This document shows, piece after piece, positions 1 through 11,203 of a stretch of DNA of 52,345 nt. The notes beneath the pieces were generated by a model, which saw only the letters and a list, made by a program, of their open reading frames with translations, was not told the DNA's origin and did not search any database. How positions within the stretch are numbered: position 1 is the first letter of the stretch; every line of letters begins with the position of its first letter. Made by a program: the position numbers and the translations under genes. This DNA is from Octopus bimaculoides (Eukaryota): positions 17,159,204 to 17,211,548 of the forward strand of contig NC_068985.1 of NCBI RefSeq assembly GCF_001194135.2, given 5' to 3'.

Positions 1-492
1 TAGACTAAAACATTTATTTGAAAGAAGTTTCGTGAAAATATTGCGTAAAGAAAAAGAATAGAATAAGTAGATATAAAAACATGAATGAAAATTTTATTAT
101 GAATGAAAGATTAAACTTTATATAACTTAAGTCATAATAAAACAATTAACCATATTGTATAATCAAAAAAAAATTAAATAAAAAGACTAGTTATTTATCC
201 CATAAAATAAAAAAAAATATTAAACAGTAAATATCATAACATAACAATAAACCATTGCTCTAAGAAAGTTTTTTTTTAAGTAAAAGATCTGCTGGGAAGG
301 ATGTAGTCAACTAAATTAAATTCCGTCCATTACTGTTATGTATAGTGTTGATCACCGAGGAAAGAAAAATGAAAAACAGTTTGAAGTTAGAACATACGGT
401 AGTGAGGCTAAAGACTGTGAATTAATTAACTTCCTGATCCACTTCTTGACTATCTTTATAACATCCTTATTCTGAGGTGGAATAGTTTAAAT

Positions 493-811
493 CATAGGTC
501 CTGAAAGTGGGCACTACCACCCCCATTGAGGCAGTCCAGGTGGACGCTGGTCCAGGGGGTGAGGACGGTAGAGGAAAAGGAGGCGTTGAGAGGAAGGCAG
601 TGGATTGGGGGACGCTATGAATTTATTATAATATTATTACAGTATTGTATACAAATTATATAATATTATATCAAATATCAAATGATTCATAGTATATATT
701 AAATTAGGAAAATATAAAATATTTATTCATACATAAAAATAAGGGTGGAGACGCTGAGGGTATTATGTGACCATGAGGGGAGTGGTGGCCCAAAAAGTTT
801 GAGAACCTCTG
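493..811. mobile_element. hAT-type MITE
   Basis: Imperfect 16-bp TIRs (CATAGGTCCTGAAAGT / reverse complement CAGAGGTTCTCAAACT) and identical 8-bp TSD GTTTAAAT at 485-492 and 812-819. Confidence 0.8.
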
Positions 812-1855
812 GTTTAAATGAAAGAAAATGGCTCCAGTCAGGAATTGAACCCCTATTGCAAACTCAGCTCACCAGGAGATTTCCCTTTGATCCATAGCAC
901 TTGTCACTTATTGCCTCAATTCATATTGATTTCTAAAATTGTCATAAGGTGACAAATATTAGGAGTAGTTGCTTACATTTATCTCAGCATTTGACTGACA
1001 TTTTTATTTTGACCTTAGCAGATTTACATCTCACCTAGTTCAGTATGTTGATTACATAGATTATTATTAGAAGAAAAAAGTGTGCTACGGGGGCGGGTAC
1101 AAAGGTATCTGAACATTCCTTGATAGCAATAATACTGCTCAATATTGTTGAAATGTGTGATATTGTCAGATGGTACTGAAACTGGGATTTTCAGTCAGCA
1201 GCTGAAAGGATTGTTTCACAATGTAAGCAGTTTGTAAAATATAACTCTTAAGTTTTGCAATATAATGGGACATAACTACGCAGATCCAGAAAAAATATCT
1301 TATTGTAGTTAATTATATCCCTTTACATTCTGACTTCATATTCCGCATGTTCAAATGAACTAACTAGGGAACTTCTTTGCGATTTCTTGAGCTGCAAGAA
1401 ATAGCAACCAAATCTCCTTCAAATAACATCCTATTATCTTAAAATGCATACATTGACTGATGTGGTCTTTCGTTCTTTCACTGGGGAAAAAGATGGGACG
1501 ATCAAGGCTGGAATGCCTCTGACCATAGGTTTGTTTGAAAAGAACTGACCTGTAGTTAAACCACAACACCAACAACAATAACCTCACACAACTTGTATAG
1601 CCTTCAGGTAATATTCGAAATTATCACCACTGTATGTGGAAGAGTTCGAGTATTGTGTTAAACTCCATTCATGCTCACTCAGAAAAAGGATCTAGGCATA
1701 AAGGGAGACTGGACATTCCTTATAGCTACAGTCGAAGTAATGTTTGATAACTACAAAGAAGCAATTAAATATTTCACTCCATTGTTTAACTTTGCTGAGT
1801 TCAGATGCCACACTTTATAGGGAGTTGGTGTACTATGGTGACAATATTGAATGTG

Positions 1856-2046
1856 GGTACTACTAAAGCAGCGCGGACCCGAACGCGCAGTCACGCGTCC
1901 GCGTTAGCTAGTCGTGAGTGGTCGATCCTAACCCTAACCCTAACCCTAAACACGTATTCATTTGCACACGCGGGTTAGGGTTAGGGTTAGGATCGACCAC
2001 TCAAGACTAGCTAGCGCGTTCGGGTCCGCGCTGCTTTAGTAGTACC
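1856..2046. mobile_element. Mutator-like foldback MITE carrying inverted telomeric hexamers
   Basis: Perfect 33-bp outer TIR, 42-bp inner inverted repeat with 1 mismatch, 9-bp TSD TTGAATGTG at 1847-1855 and 2047-2055. Confidence 0.85.
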
Positions 2047-2626
2047 TTGAATGTGTCACTTTGTCTGGCGCCTCAGGCTGTAGTAGCAGTTGTAGCAGAG
2101 AAGTTGGTGGAAATTATTAACTTCAAGACACTAGCTACCAGGGGTGAGAGAGAGAGAAACATGAAAGGAAAGTCGTTGTCGTGGTCGCCATCGTTGTTGT
2201 TTAACCCTAGTTCAGCCTTAATCAAACAAACCATTGATCAAAGATATTCCAGCCATGCCTGATTCAATCATCTTTCACCAGTGTATTTTTTTGTCTTTTC
2301 TACACAAGACAGTGGAGGTACATGGCCCAACAATTAAGGTGTTGGCGCTCACGATCGTAAAACCACGCTATCAATTCCTAAATTGCTCAGTGCACCGTGT
2401 TTCTAAGCAAACCGGTTCATTTTATGTTACTTCAATCCATTCTGGTGTAAAAAGGTTCCAGCAATTGCTGGGCGGTTAATTCTGTAACAGATCGGTGTCC
2501 CATCCAATGAGGAATGTTGTAATCTCAATCATTTACACCCCATGAGAACTGGATTAATCTCTGACCTTATCAGCCTTAGAACTCATGACGGACTTAATTC
2601 TATGAATAAGTTTACTTAGGAGGGAA

Positions 2627-3035
2627 TGAATTCGATATTTGAATTGAAAGAAGCAGAACAAATACCACAAGGCATCCAGTTTCATGTTCTTGCAAACCTG
2701 CAAGTTTACTGCCCTAGATTGGTACTTTTTTTTATCAGGAGGGAGGGGAGTATTCACTACACTTTACAGAGCCTCTGAGACTGATGGGAGAGGACAGAGA
2801 AAGGTAACTGGAAGCCTAGTCTGACTGCTTTGCTACAGAGCAGTCTCCACTAATGGTACCCAGGGTACCAGCTAGTAGTCTTAAACTGGGCAACAAATTA
2901 ATTCTACCAGCCAAGTAGGTCATGGTGGAATTTGATATTCAAATTGAAAGAACCAGAACAAGTACCACAAGGCATCCAGTCTTGTGTTCTTACAGTCCTA
3001 CCAGTTTACTGCCCTAGATTAGTACTTTTTTATCA
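2627..3035. repeat. diverged ~110-bp direct repeat pair (about 2627-2738 and 2927-3035)
   Basis: Both copies contain GATATT.AATTGAAAGAA.CAGAACAA.TACCACAAGGCATCCAGT...GTTTACTGCCCTAGATT.GTACTTTTT. Confidence 0.75.
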
Positions 3036-3104
3036 GTATTTATTTATTGGTGTTTTTTTTATCAGTGTTTTTTTTATCAGTACTTTTTTTATTGACCCTG
3101 AAAG

Positions 3105-3136
<32 letters not shown>

Positions 3137-3137
<1 letters not shown>

Positions 3138-3793
3138 TGCATTTTTATCCTGGGGAAGAGATGGAAGCCCACAGGTGCTAAATCTGACGAATAGGGCAGG
3201 TGTGGAAATGGTACCATGTTTTTGGTGAGAAACTCATGAGTCAGGCGAGCTTGGTGATAGGCTGTATTGTCCTTGTGAAGAATATAATTCTTCACATCCC
3301 ACAGATCTGGTCACTTTGCCAAATGTCCTCCCTCAAATGCTTCAAAACATCACAGAAGAACCCTCAATTGGTGGTCTGGCTCTGGGGGATGAATTCTCGA
3401 TGCACAATACTGCATATGTCAATTAAAACATCCAGGGACGTTATTCCACTTTTGAAGTGCCTGTGCTACTCAAAACATTACATATGACCCACTGCTTCAT
3501 CACCATAAGCTTGCCGAAGCATGCTCAATCTCTCTGTAGCAGACTTTCCAAATGTAACACAAAATTTCATGTTGGCTCTTTGTTCCAAGTTCCTGTGTAT
3601 GACAAAAGTCACAGACTACAGCATACACATAATCACAAAAATACAAATTTCACAATTTGCAAAGTTAGCAGCAATATCACGTGGCACACTGTCTCATGAA
3701 AGTCACTGCTATATCTCACTGTGCACACAACCATGTGCTGCCATCTGTTGGTGCACTACAGAACTAACCCGGGAACATTTTGATATCACCTTG
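3137..3793 (-). mobile_element. mariner transposon relic, internally deleted
   Basis: ILHKDNTAYH and PHLPYSSDLAPVGFHLFPRIK resemble mariner HDNARPH and PYSPDLAP.D..LF; TA-CAAGGTGATATCAAAATGTTCCCG terminus at 3793. Confidence 0.85.
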
Positions 3794-3930
3794 TATATAT
3801 ATATATATATATNNNNNNNNNNATATATATGTATACCAGAGTGAGCACGTAAATGGGCAACAAGGTGGAAAAAAGAGTACTCAAATACCAGAGGTAGAGT
3901 AATATGCTTTATTTATTTTGTCTAACAAAT

Positions 3931-3968
3931 CTGTCCGATGAACAGGGACGTGAAACTCCAAGTGACAG
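3931..3968 (+). ncRNA. decayed minimal type-I hammerhead-like motif in Penelope-type repeat 3859-4075
   Basis: CTGT-CCGATGA-AC(AGGGAC)GT-GAAAC-TCCAA-GTG-ACAG; U4 to C and H17 to G changes. Confidence 0.5.
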
Positions 3969-4074
3969 TTTTTTGTTATATTTCTGCTGCTTTTAAATAA
4001 AGCATATTATATTTCTCTATTATATTTCTTCAAGTAACAGTTTTTTGTTATATTTCTGCTGCTTTTAAATAAAG

Positions 4075-4110
<36 letters not shown>

Positions 4111-5479
4111 TATATTCCATGTGTATGTAGGTATGTATGTATGTGTGCGTGTATGTAAGTATGTATGTATGTATGTATGTATGAATGTATGTATCTATGT
4201 ATGTATATTCAAATGTTTTTGAACAAATACTTGATGCAATCACAAAAACTTGAAGCAAGATTTTCTTTAAAAAATCAACTATTTAAAAATATTGTCGGAA
4301 AAATAAATTACACAAACCTTCTGGAAGGAAGTTTTTGTAGTGTGTATGTAAGCATTTTTATTGATAAATTTATGTGTGATAAAGTAATCCATATAGAGGA
4401 AGTTGTTTTTAGTATTCATGTTAACATTTTCCAGTTTAGTTTCAGATTTAGAATTCTTATACAGTATCCTTCTTTTGCCTTTCATAATTGATCATTTTCT
4501 TTTATCGTGAAAAAAAAAAAAGAAATTCTTTGAATTTCTTCATTTCCACAAATATCTAGGTATTCATTACATGGAATATTTTCTGAGAGACAAATCATTA
4601 ATTTGTTGTTTATGGCACCCCCACATATTGTATTAATTCTGATCCTGTTTGGCCAATGTACTTCTCATTGCATTGACAGCATATATTGCAATAAATGAGA
4701 TTTTTTGAATGGCAATTCATGTTTGCATTATTTTTTTATTTCCTTCCCATTCTTAAATCTTGTCAATTGTTCAATTATTTTACAAGTCCCACAACTATAA
4801 TCTCCACAGTTTGTTACTTGCATTCTCATTAATATTTTTTTTATGTGAATTTCACCTATGTTAAAAACCTTTCAAAACTGGGCGGTTGACTTCAGCTATT
4901 CATAATATGTGATTTGTTAGTTTTGTATGATTTGATGACTAATGTAAAATTAGAAGGTACAGTTTAGCTGAATCTAAGATGTGGTTTCTAAGGATACAGG
5001 TGACTAGAAATGGAATATTTGCATTTGTATTTTTGTATTCACCCTCATTGTGTGAGTTTTTCCTTAAAACAGAGATTGGGATTTCTTTTGTTTTAGTTAT
5101 GGCATCAAGCCATAGAAACCAAGCCAAAACAGACTATGGAATCTGCTGAGACCCCTGGCCTCGCCAGCTCCTGTTCAGTCATCTAACCTTGCCAGAATGG
5201 AAAACAGATATTAAATGTTGATGATGACAATGTGCACCATAACAAGAGAGTTTCCTCTTTATAGACCTGCTCAAGGAAGTGTCCTCTTTTTAAAGTCAAT
5301 TGATATTCCTATTGTGAAGAGAGTAAAATATGAAGAAAACATATTAAAACAAGAGCACTCAAAGAGTACAAACATCTGCCAACACAACACCAGCATCCTC
5401 TCAATGATTAGCCAGAGATGATTTTTAAAATGAGAATATCTGAAATAAACTTGACTGCTCTCACAAACAAGAATACTAA

Positions 5480-5700
5480 AAATGAACCCGACCACTCTCA
5501 ACAATTAAGAAAAAAAACGGAAAAATAATCCAGAATCCTTGTCTGGTCTCAGATCAATCCCAAAATCTAATCAGTTCATGCCAGTCATGAGGTCAGTTTC
5601 ATCTGAATCCATCCAACGATTCTTGAGATATCTTGTCCATGGATAAGCAAATACGACTGAAAACAATACCTCTGCCTTCGCTAAGGTGTAGGTAATAACC
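5480..5700. mobile_element. possible Helentron/HINE-like non-autonomous element end
   Basis: Terminal hairpin ACCTCTGCCTTCGCTAAGGTGTAGGT followed by AATAA; classification by resemblance only. Confidence 0.35.
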
Positions 5701-5907
5701 AGCATAACACACCACATCTTCGAAATCAACAGAATGATCAGTCAATTGCAATCCTTTTTTTTTTCTTTAAGTGTTGTAGACCCTATTTCATTATAAAAAT
5801 ATTAAATCTACTCAAACGATCTGTATTTGAAAGGCTGGCTTTTCTCAGTCATTGGAAACTAAATTCTTATTTATCTTATCCCAACCTCTTTTGCATGTGG
5901 TCCCCTT

Positions 5908-6850
5908 TTGTTTGTTGCATACATTAATGACATAGATGCCAACTTAAAGAATGACACAGTGCTGAAATATGCAGATGAGATCAAGCTGTACCTTGAGATA
6001 AAAAGGACATATCCTGAACACTATAGATCTTTCCTGCAATTGGACCTGGACACAATGCAACAATGGATCATGGACTGGCAACTCAAGCTGGCTGTGGATA
6101 AGTGTACCACCATCCATTTTGGGAGGAAAAATCCAGCATCCACATACTCTCTCCACAACATTGATATCAAGAAGTCTTCTTGTGGACATGACCTGGGCAT
6201 TACTGTCAGCAGCAGTTTGCACCAGACAAAGCACATCACTAAAATTGTTAAGAAAGCTGAGAGTGTCTTGGCATCACTCAGCAAGACCTTTGGCAGCTGC
6301 TCTCCAGCTATCTATTTAAGGTTGTATATGGCTATGATGCAGCCACACTTGGAATTAGCATCACCAGTCAGAAATCCCTATCTTGTTCAGGACATTGACC
6401 TCCTGGAAATTGTTTAGAGATGTACAACCAAGCAAATACTCTCCATCAGGCACCTACCATACTCTGAACATCTTGCTTCCCTGGACATAGATACATTGAA
6501 GCTCCAACGTCTAGCACCCACAAAATTATTAACCATTGCACCAACAACCACCTTGAGCACCTTTTTAAGCTCCATGTGTCTAACACATGTGGGCATGCCT
6601 ACAAAGTCAGAAAACAGCACAACTCCCATGACTTTTGAAAACATTTTTTTACACTCAGAGTTGCTGAAATATGAAACAAACTACTTGCATCAGTTGTTAG
6701 TTGCTGAGACATTGCATCCTCTAAAACCTCCATGCTTCCTGAAATTTGCCAACACTACACCTGATACCCCCACCTCCATATGCATGCAAACATGTAGACC
6801 ATGACTCATACACTGTTCACTTTCCTGACTTTTGTACATAATTCTATGTA
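5908..6850 (+). mobile_element. CR1-clade LINE 3' relic (RT domain)
   Basis: FVAYINDID...LKYADEIKLY, WQLKLAVDKC, DLGITVSSSL, PHLELASPVRNPY; frameshifted downstream. Confidence 0.9.
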
Positions 6851-7095
6851 CTGTACATGCACCTTTGATGAGTTGTAGTGCACCTGGGCACTATACATAA
6901 TCATTTTCTTATTATTATTAAAATTATTATTATGATAATGCTGAGTTGTAATGTAGACATAAAGCTAAATATGTTGGGAGCTGCAGAGTGCATCTGGACC
7001 AGAAGGATTTATCATAACTGTCATACTTCCATTAGAAAAGTGTATAATTTTATAAGTAATATGAGTTCTTTTATTAACTTTTAATGAAAATTGTA

Positions 7096-7560
7096 TTCAT
7101 CATCATCATCCTCATCACTTAACGTCCACCTTCCATGCTGGCATTTGTGGGATGGTTTGACAGGAGCTGGCCAGGCAGAAGCCTGCACCAGACTCCAGTG
7201 ACTGTTTTTGGCAAGGTTTTTACAGCTGGATGCCCTTCCAAACACCAACCACTTTACAATGTGGACTGGGTGCTTTTAAGTGGCACCTGCACTGACAGGG
7301 TCACCAAGTACTTGCAAGACAAAAAAAAACCTTTCAAGAGGAGAGGGGGCATTGGAGGAGGTGATCTTGTGTCAGATGCTGAAAGGTTTAGTGAGACAGA
7401 GAGACAGAAATAGGTGTCTTGCTGTAGAGGAGATACAAGGTTACTCATCTGGTGGAGAGAAGGAGAGAGAGAGAGAGAGAAGGAATGAAGATAGAAACAG
7501 GTGCACTGCCACAAAGAAAATACAAAGTTACCCAAGCTGAGGGAAGTGCAAGGGAAGGAG

Positions 7561-7599
<39 letters not shown>

Positions 7600-8560
7600 C
7601 AGCAGGATAGAGATGGTGACAAAGTGCCAGGCATGCTCAGAAGGGACAGGGATCAGAATATAAATGGGATGGTTGTGTAAAGGAAGAGAGATATATAGAT
7701 GGTGGCAAGTGCCAGGGCATACCCTTGAGGTTCGAATGTCATAATATAAGTGGTTAGATATTGTGAGGAACCGTGATTAGAGAGTGCGGTTCGGAGGTGG
7801 GGGTCGCGAAAACCTGGGTATATATACAGTCGGGGAGCTACCAGATAGCAATGATACAGAGGAACAGGGCCGTGAGAACAGGATTGGGGAGTGAGGGGTA
7901 GGCATAGTGTATGAAGGAGGAAATGTGAGGAAGGGAAGAGATGTAGATATGTAAATTGGTTTGTTGGGTTAAGGTGTGTGGAAAGTTTTCTTGTTACGTG
8001 TGGGTGGAATACACATGTCGCGGGGGTGGGGGGCTAGCGGAGAGCAATGATACAGTGGGACAGGGCCAGGAGAACAGGATTGGGAGGTAAGCATAGCGCA
8101 TGAATGGGAAATGCGAGGAAGTGAAGAGATGTAGTTTGGTTTCTTGTAGCTGAGTGTGTGAGAAATTTTCTTGCTAATTGTGGGTGCGACACACAGGCTT
8201 CGAGAACTCAGTTCGCGGGAGGGTCTTCTCAAGAACCTCATATCGCCAGATATCTCGGTCCATTGTCGTTTCCTCCGTGAGGCCCAACATCCTGAGATCG
8301 GTCCTTACCACTTCATCCCACGTCTTCCTGGGTCTCCCTCTCCCGCAGGTGATCGACACTTCTTTATGCAGCTGTCCTCATCCGCATCACATGTCCAAGC
8401 CAACGTAGTCTTCTCTCTTGAATGCCACATTTAATTCCTCTTATGCCCAACTTTTCTCTCAATACATTTTCACTTTGTTGTACATGCGCACTGAGCATAC
8501 TACCTTCGTTTCTGTCCAGTCTGTGCATATCTTCTGTATTCAGAGCCCATGTCTCCAAAA
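7096..8560 (-). mobile_element. RTE-clade LINE 3' relic with long purine-rich 3' region and (ATC)n-type tail
   Basis: ETWALNTEDM, RRLRWLGHVMRM and [13 protein letters not shown] on the minus strand; tail at about 7096-7120. Confidence 0.88.
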
Positions 8561-8789
8561 ATCGATTTCATATTTTAAAAATATATAAATACAATATGTT
8601 TATACATATTTATTGATTGTTATTTAATTCTAAAGAATATTATTTTTATTTTCTACTCATGGGTGACTTGTGAGTCACACTTCTTTAATTTTTTAATAAA
8701 ATGAAACCAATAGCTGAAAAAATATTTACTGGTAACTTAAGCTCTATAAAAATATGTACTTTGAAGTTTGACTAAAAGCCAGTTTATAA

Positions 8790-9256
8790 TATGAAGAAGA
8801 AAACGGGTGTTTCGTTTAATAATCATAAATAGAGAACACCATATACTTTGTGTTTTTTTTTTTTTTTTTTTTTTTGTGAGATTTCCGGTTTTTTTTTTTG
8901 GCTGCTTTGCTTATCTCGCTGAAGCAAGAAATAAACACTACGTAGAGTTACGTACCTTGCTTACACTCTACAAATAGTAACATTGTTAATTTCGTCGTTG
9001 CAAAAGGTAAGTTGCTTTCACTCTCGCTTTTTTTTAAAGAATAAGTTTTTACTTGTTTTATTTTTCGTAACATCCCTAAAAAAAAATTATAACTTCTCCT
9101 TCTCAACATACTTTTCAGTCTTTTTCGATTTACTCGTTTATTTCTCAGAAATGTGTTATTTTGGAAATTTTGTCAACTGTTATTTTGTTATTTATTATTC
9201 CAAGAAAACGAGAGATCTTTTGTAAATAATAGTTTTGCCCCTCTATATATGTATGC

Positions 9257-9298
<42 letters not shown>

Positions 9299-9350
9299 CG
9301 TATCGGTATATTTTTCTCCGTTAAAACGAATATATGGACATACAAAGGAA
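8790..9350 (+). promoter_or_regulatory. candidate IKK promoter region
   Basis: More CpGs than flanks by eye, poly-T tract and ETS-like TTCCGG near 8883, upstream of the putative first exon. Confidence 0.3.
8930..9006 (+). other. putative non-coding first exon of IKK (5' boundary unknown)
   Basis: Consensus donor AAAG|GTAAGT at 9007 in a locally CpG-richer, transposon-poor stretch; no ATG immediately upstream. Confidence 0.4.
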
Positions 9351-10137
9351 GATGAGACCAAGAAGTTTTATATAAACTTAAGTGAAGTGAAATAAAAAAT
9401 AGCTAAACCATATTTTACATAATGTCAGTGTTATGGTTATAAAGCATTTTATAAGTGTTTTCCTTTATTTTATAAATCGGCAAGTCGGCTGAAATTAGTG
9501 AATGCTACATTACCGTCAAGCATATGAAATATTTCACAATGAGCCTATGTAGAATCTTCTACGTACTTGGTTGACTTGCTAAAACTAGTAGCCAAATTTC
9601 CCTGAAATCCTGTCCTATCGTCTTGGAACTTTAACTAATCGCCCATAAAAACCATCTAAGGCTATATTGGCTAGTTAAGTAATAGATACATGATGCATGA
9701 ACGTCTTTTTATCATAGGTTTATTCAGTTAGTGCCAACATGGGACTAAACAATATTTAGCAGTGAATCTCCACGTTGTAGGTTGATCTCTCAGAAATAGC
9801 AGCCAAGTTACCCTAAAATAATATCCATCCTAGTTTTAGAAATAGTAATACATGTAATATTATATAAAAATGACGGAATGGTCACGGCTAGAAAGCTTTT
9901 GATCATATATCTGGTCTATCAGGCCTACGAGGGGCTAAACAACAGAATTAGCAATCAGATTAAGAGGACTGAGACCTCAAATGTAGGAGACAAGTATAAC
10001 TGATTGATCGACTCCAGTTTTCGAATATTGACTTTACCGATCCAGGAAGCAACGAAACGCAAAGTTGGCCTCATTAAGTTCGATATTTACAAACAAATAC
10101 CATCTCATTGTAATAGAAATTTATTTACATTTTTCAG

Positions 10138-10292
10138 GGATATTGCTTTTGTTTTATATTCTCTTTGCATAATGTTTCAACTATATTTTCACCATCTCTT
10201 TCAGTATTCCGATATTCTTTTATTCCCGGATACAAAACCTCTTACTTATAGATGTCGTAATTGTTCAGGACATCAAAGGTGGATTGAAATCA
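10138..10292 (+). other. putative 5' UTR part of the ATG-containing exon
   Basis: Acceptor tttttcag ends 10137; alternative AGs end 10204 and 10251. Confidence 0.45.
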
Positions 10293-10314
10293 ATGCCGGC
10301 TGTTGAAATGGAAG
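10293..10314 (+). CDS. IKBKB: IKK putative first coding exon part (MPAVEME G)
   Basis: ATG at 10293, donor AAG|GTTAGT at 10315 in phase 1, which is the phase exon 24637 needs. It gives D145/D166/S177/S181 the same numbering as human IKKbeta. No homology support for these 7 residues. Confidence 0.6.
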
Positions 10315-10373
10315 GTTAGTGTTTGACAATTCCTTATTTTCTTTAGGTATCCATCGTTAAGTAATCACCAATG

Positions 10374-10431
<58 letters not shown>

Positions 10432-11164
10432 AGTAAGCATTTCAAAGCCAACGAGGAAGCCTCTGCGCGCAATTGCTCGACATTCTAGAAATAGCAATCA
10501 GAATCTCTGTCAAACCATAAACTACTGTGTTAACTAAAGAACTACACTTAAAACAATAAAATCTCTCTTGATACACACACACACAAAAGGATTAACCCGA
10601 CTGGAACGCTTTTTGTTATTGGTCGTCTCGATTAGATTAACATGGAGCGAAACAAATACTACAATTTATAACCTCTACGTAATCGATCCATCCATCTGCT
10701 AAGAACAGCAACCGAATTTCCCCGAATCCCACCCTAAATCAGATAAAAGAATTCATGGTTACGGATGGAAAAACTTTGTTAATAGGTCTATTCAGTCAGA
10801 CCCGACTTCGGGCTAAACTAATGGAGCAGTAATATTTTTACATTTTCTTCTTAATTTTAATTAAGTTATGCACTTCCATGATTTATATCGACATACGAAT
10901 TATATGGCAAATGATTTCATTTTAAAATTCAACATCGATAATGAGACCGGAGTAATAAAGCTTTCCTATAGTAATAAATATAAAAGGGAAGGAAACAATT
11001 ATAAGCACATTGCTTAAATTTACAAACATAATGTTCGAAAAAATACATCAAACAGTTCGTAAAAGACAAGTTATAAGGTTTTTTATACTAACACATATGC
11101 ACCTATTTATTTACAATATGTTGTTTGTTCCACACACACACATACATATATTAGTGTGTGTATG

Positions 11165-11203
<39 letters not shown>

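Larger units (their letters stand above)
9530..10830. repeat. cluster of about four old, degenerate copies of one repeat in IKK 5' introns
   Basis: Recurrent AAATAGCAGCCAA...CCCTAAA...GGTCTATTCAG...GGGCTAAAC-like blocks near 9580, 9790, 10490 and 10700. Confidence 0.5.

Noticed and set aside
1360-1587. 75-aa minus ORF with a plausible acceptor
   Set aside because: No homology recognised; part matches the degenerate repeat also seen near 9580 and 33200
1927-1991. Chromosome end-to-end fusion scar or true telomere
   Set aside because: Order is (CCCTAA)n then (TTAGGG)n, the reverse of a fusion junction, and the tract lies inside a TIR element with a 9-bp TSD
5215-5421. Possible terminal exon of an upstream plus-strand gene (PAQGSVLFLKSIDIPIVKRVKYEE...)
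   Set aside because: No recognisable domain, no partner exons found, and the start overlaps a repeat tail
5908-6417. Functional reverse transcriptase ORF (169 aa)
   Set aside because: 5'-truncated, YADE instead of YADD, premature stop and downstream frameshifts; a dead CR1 fragment
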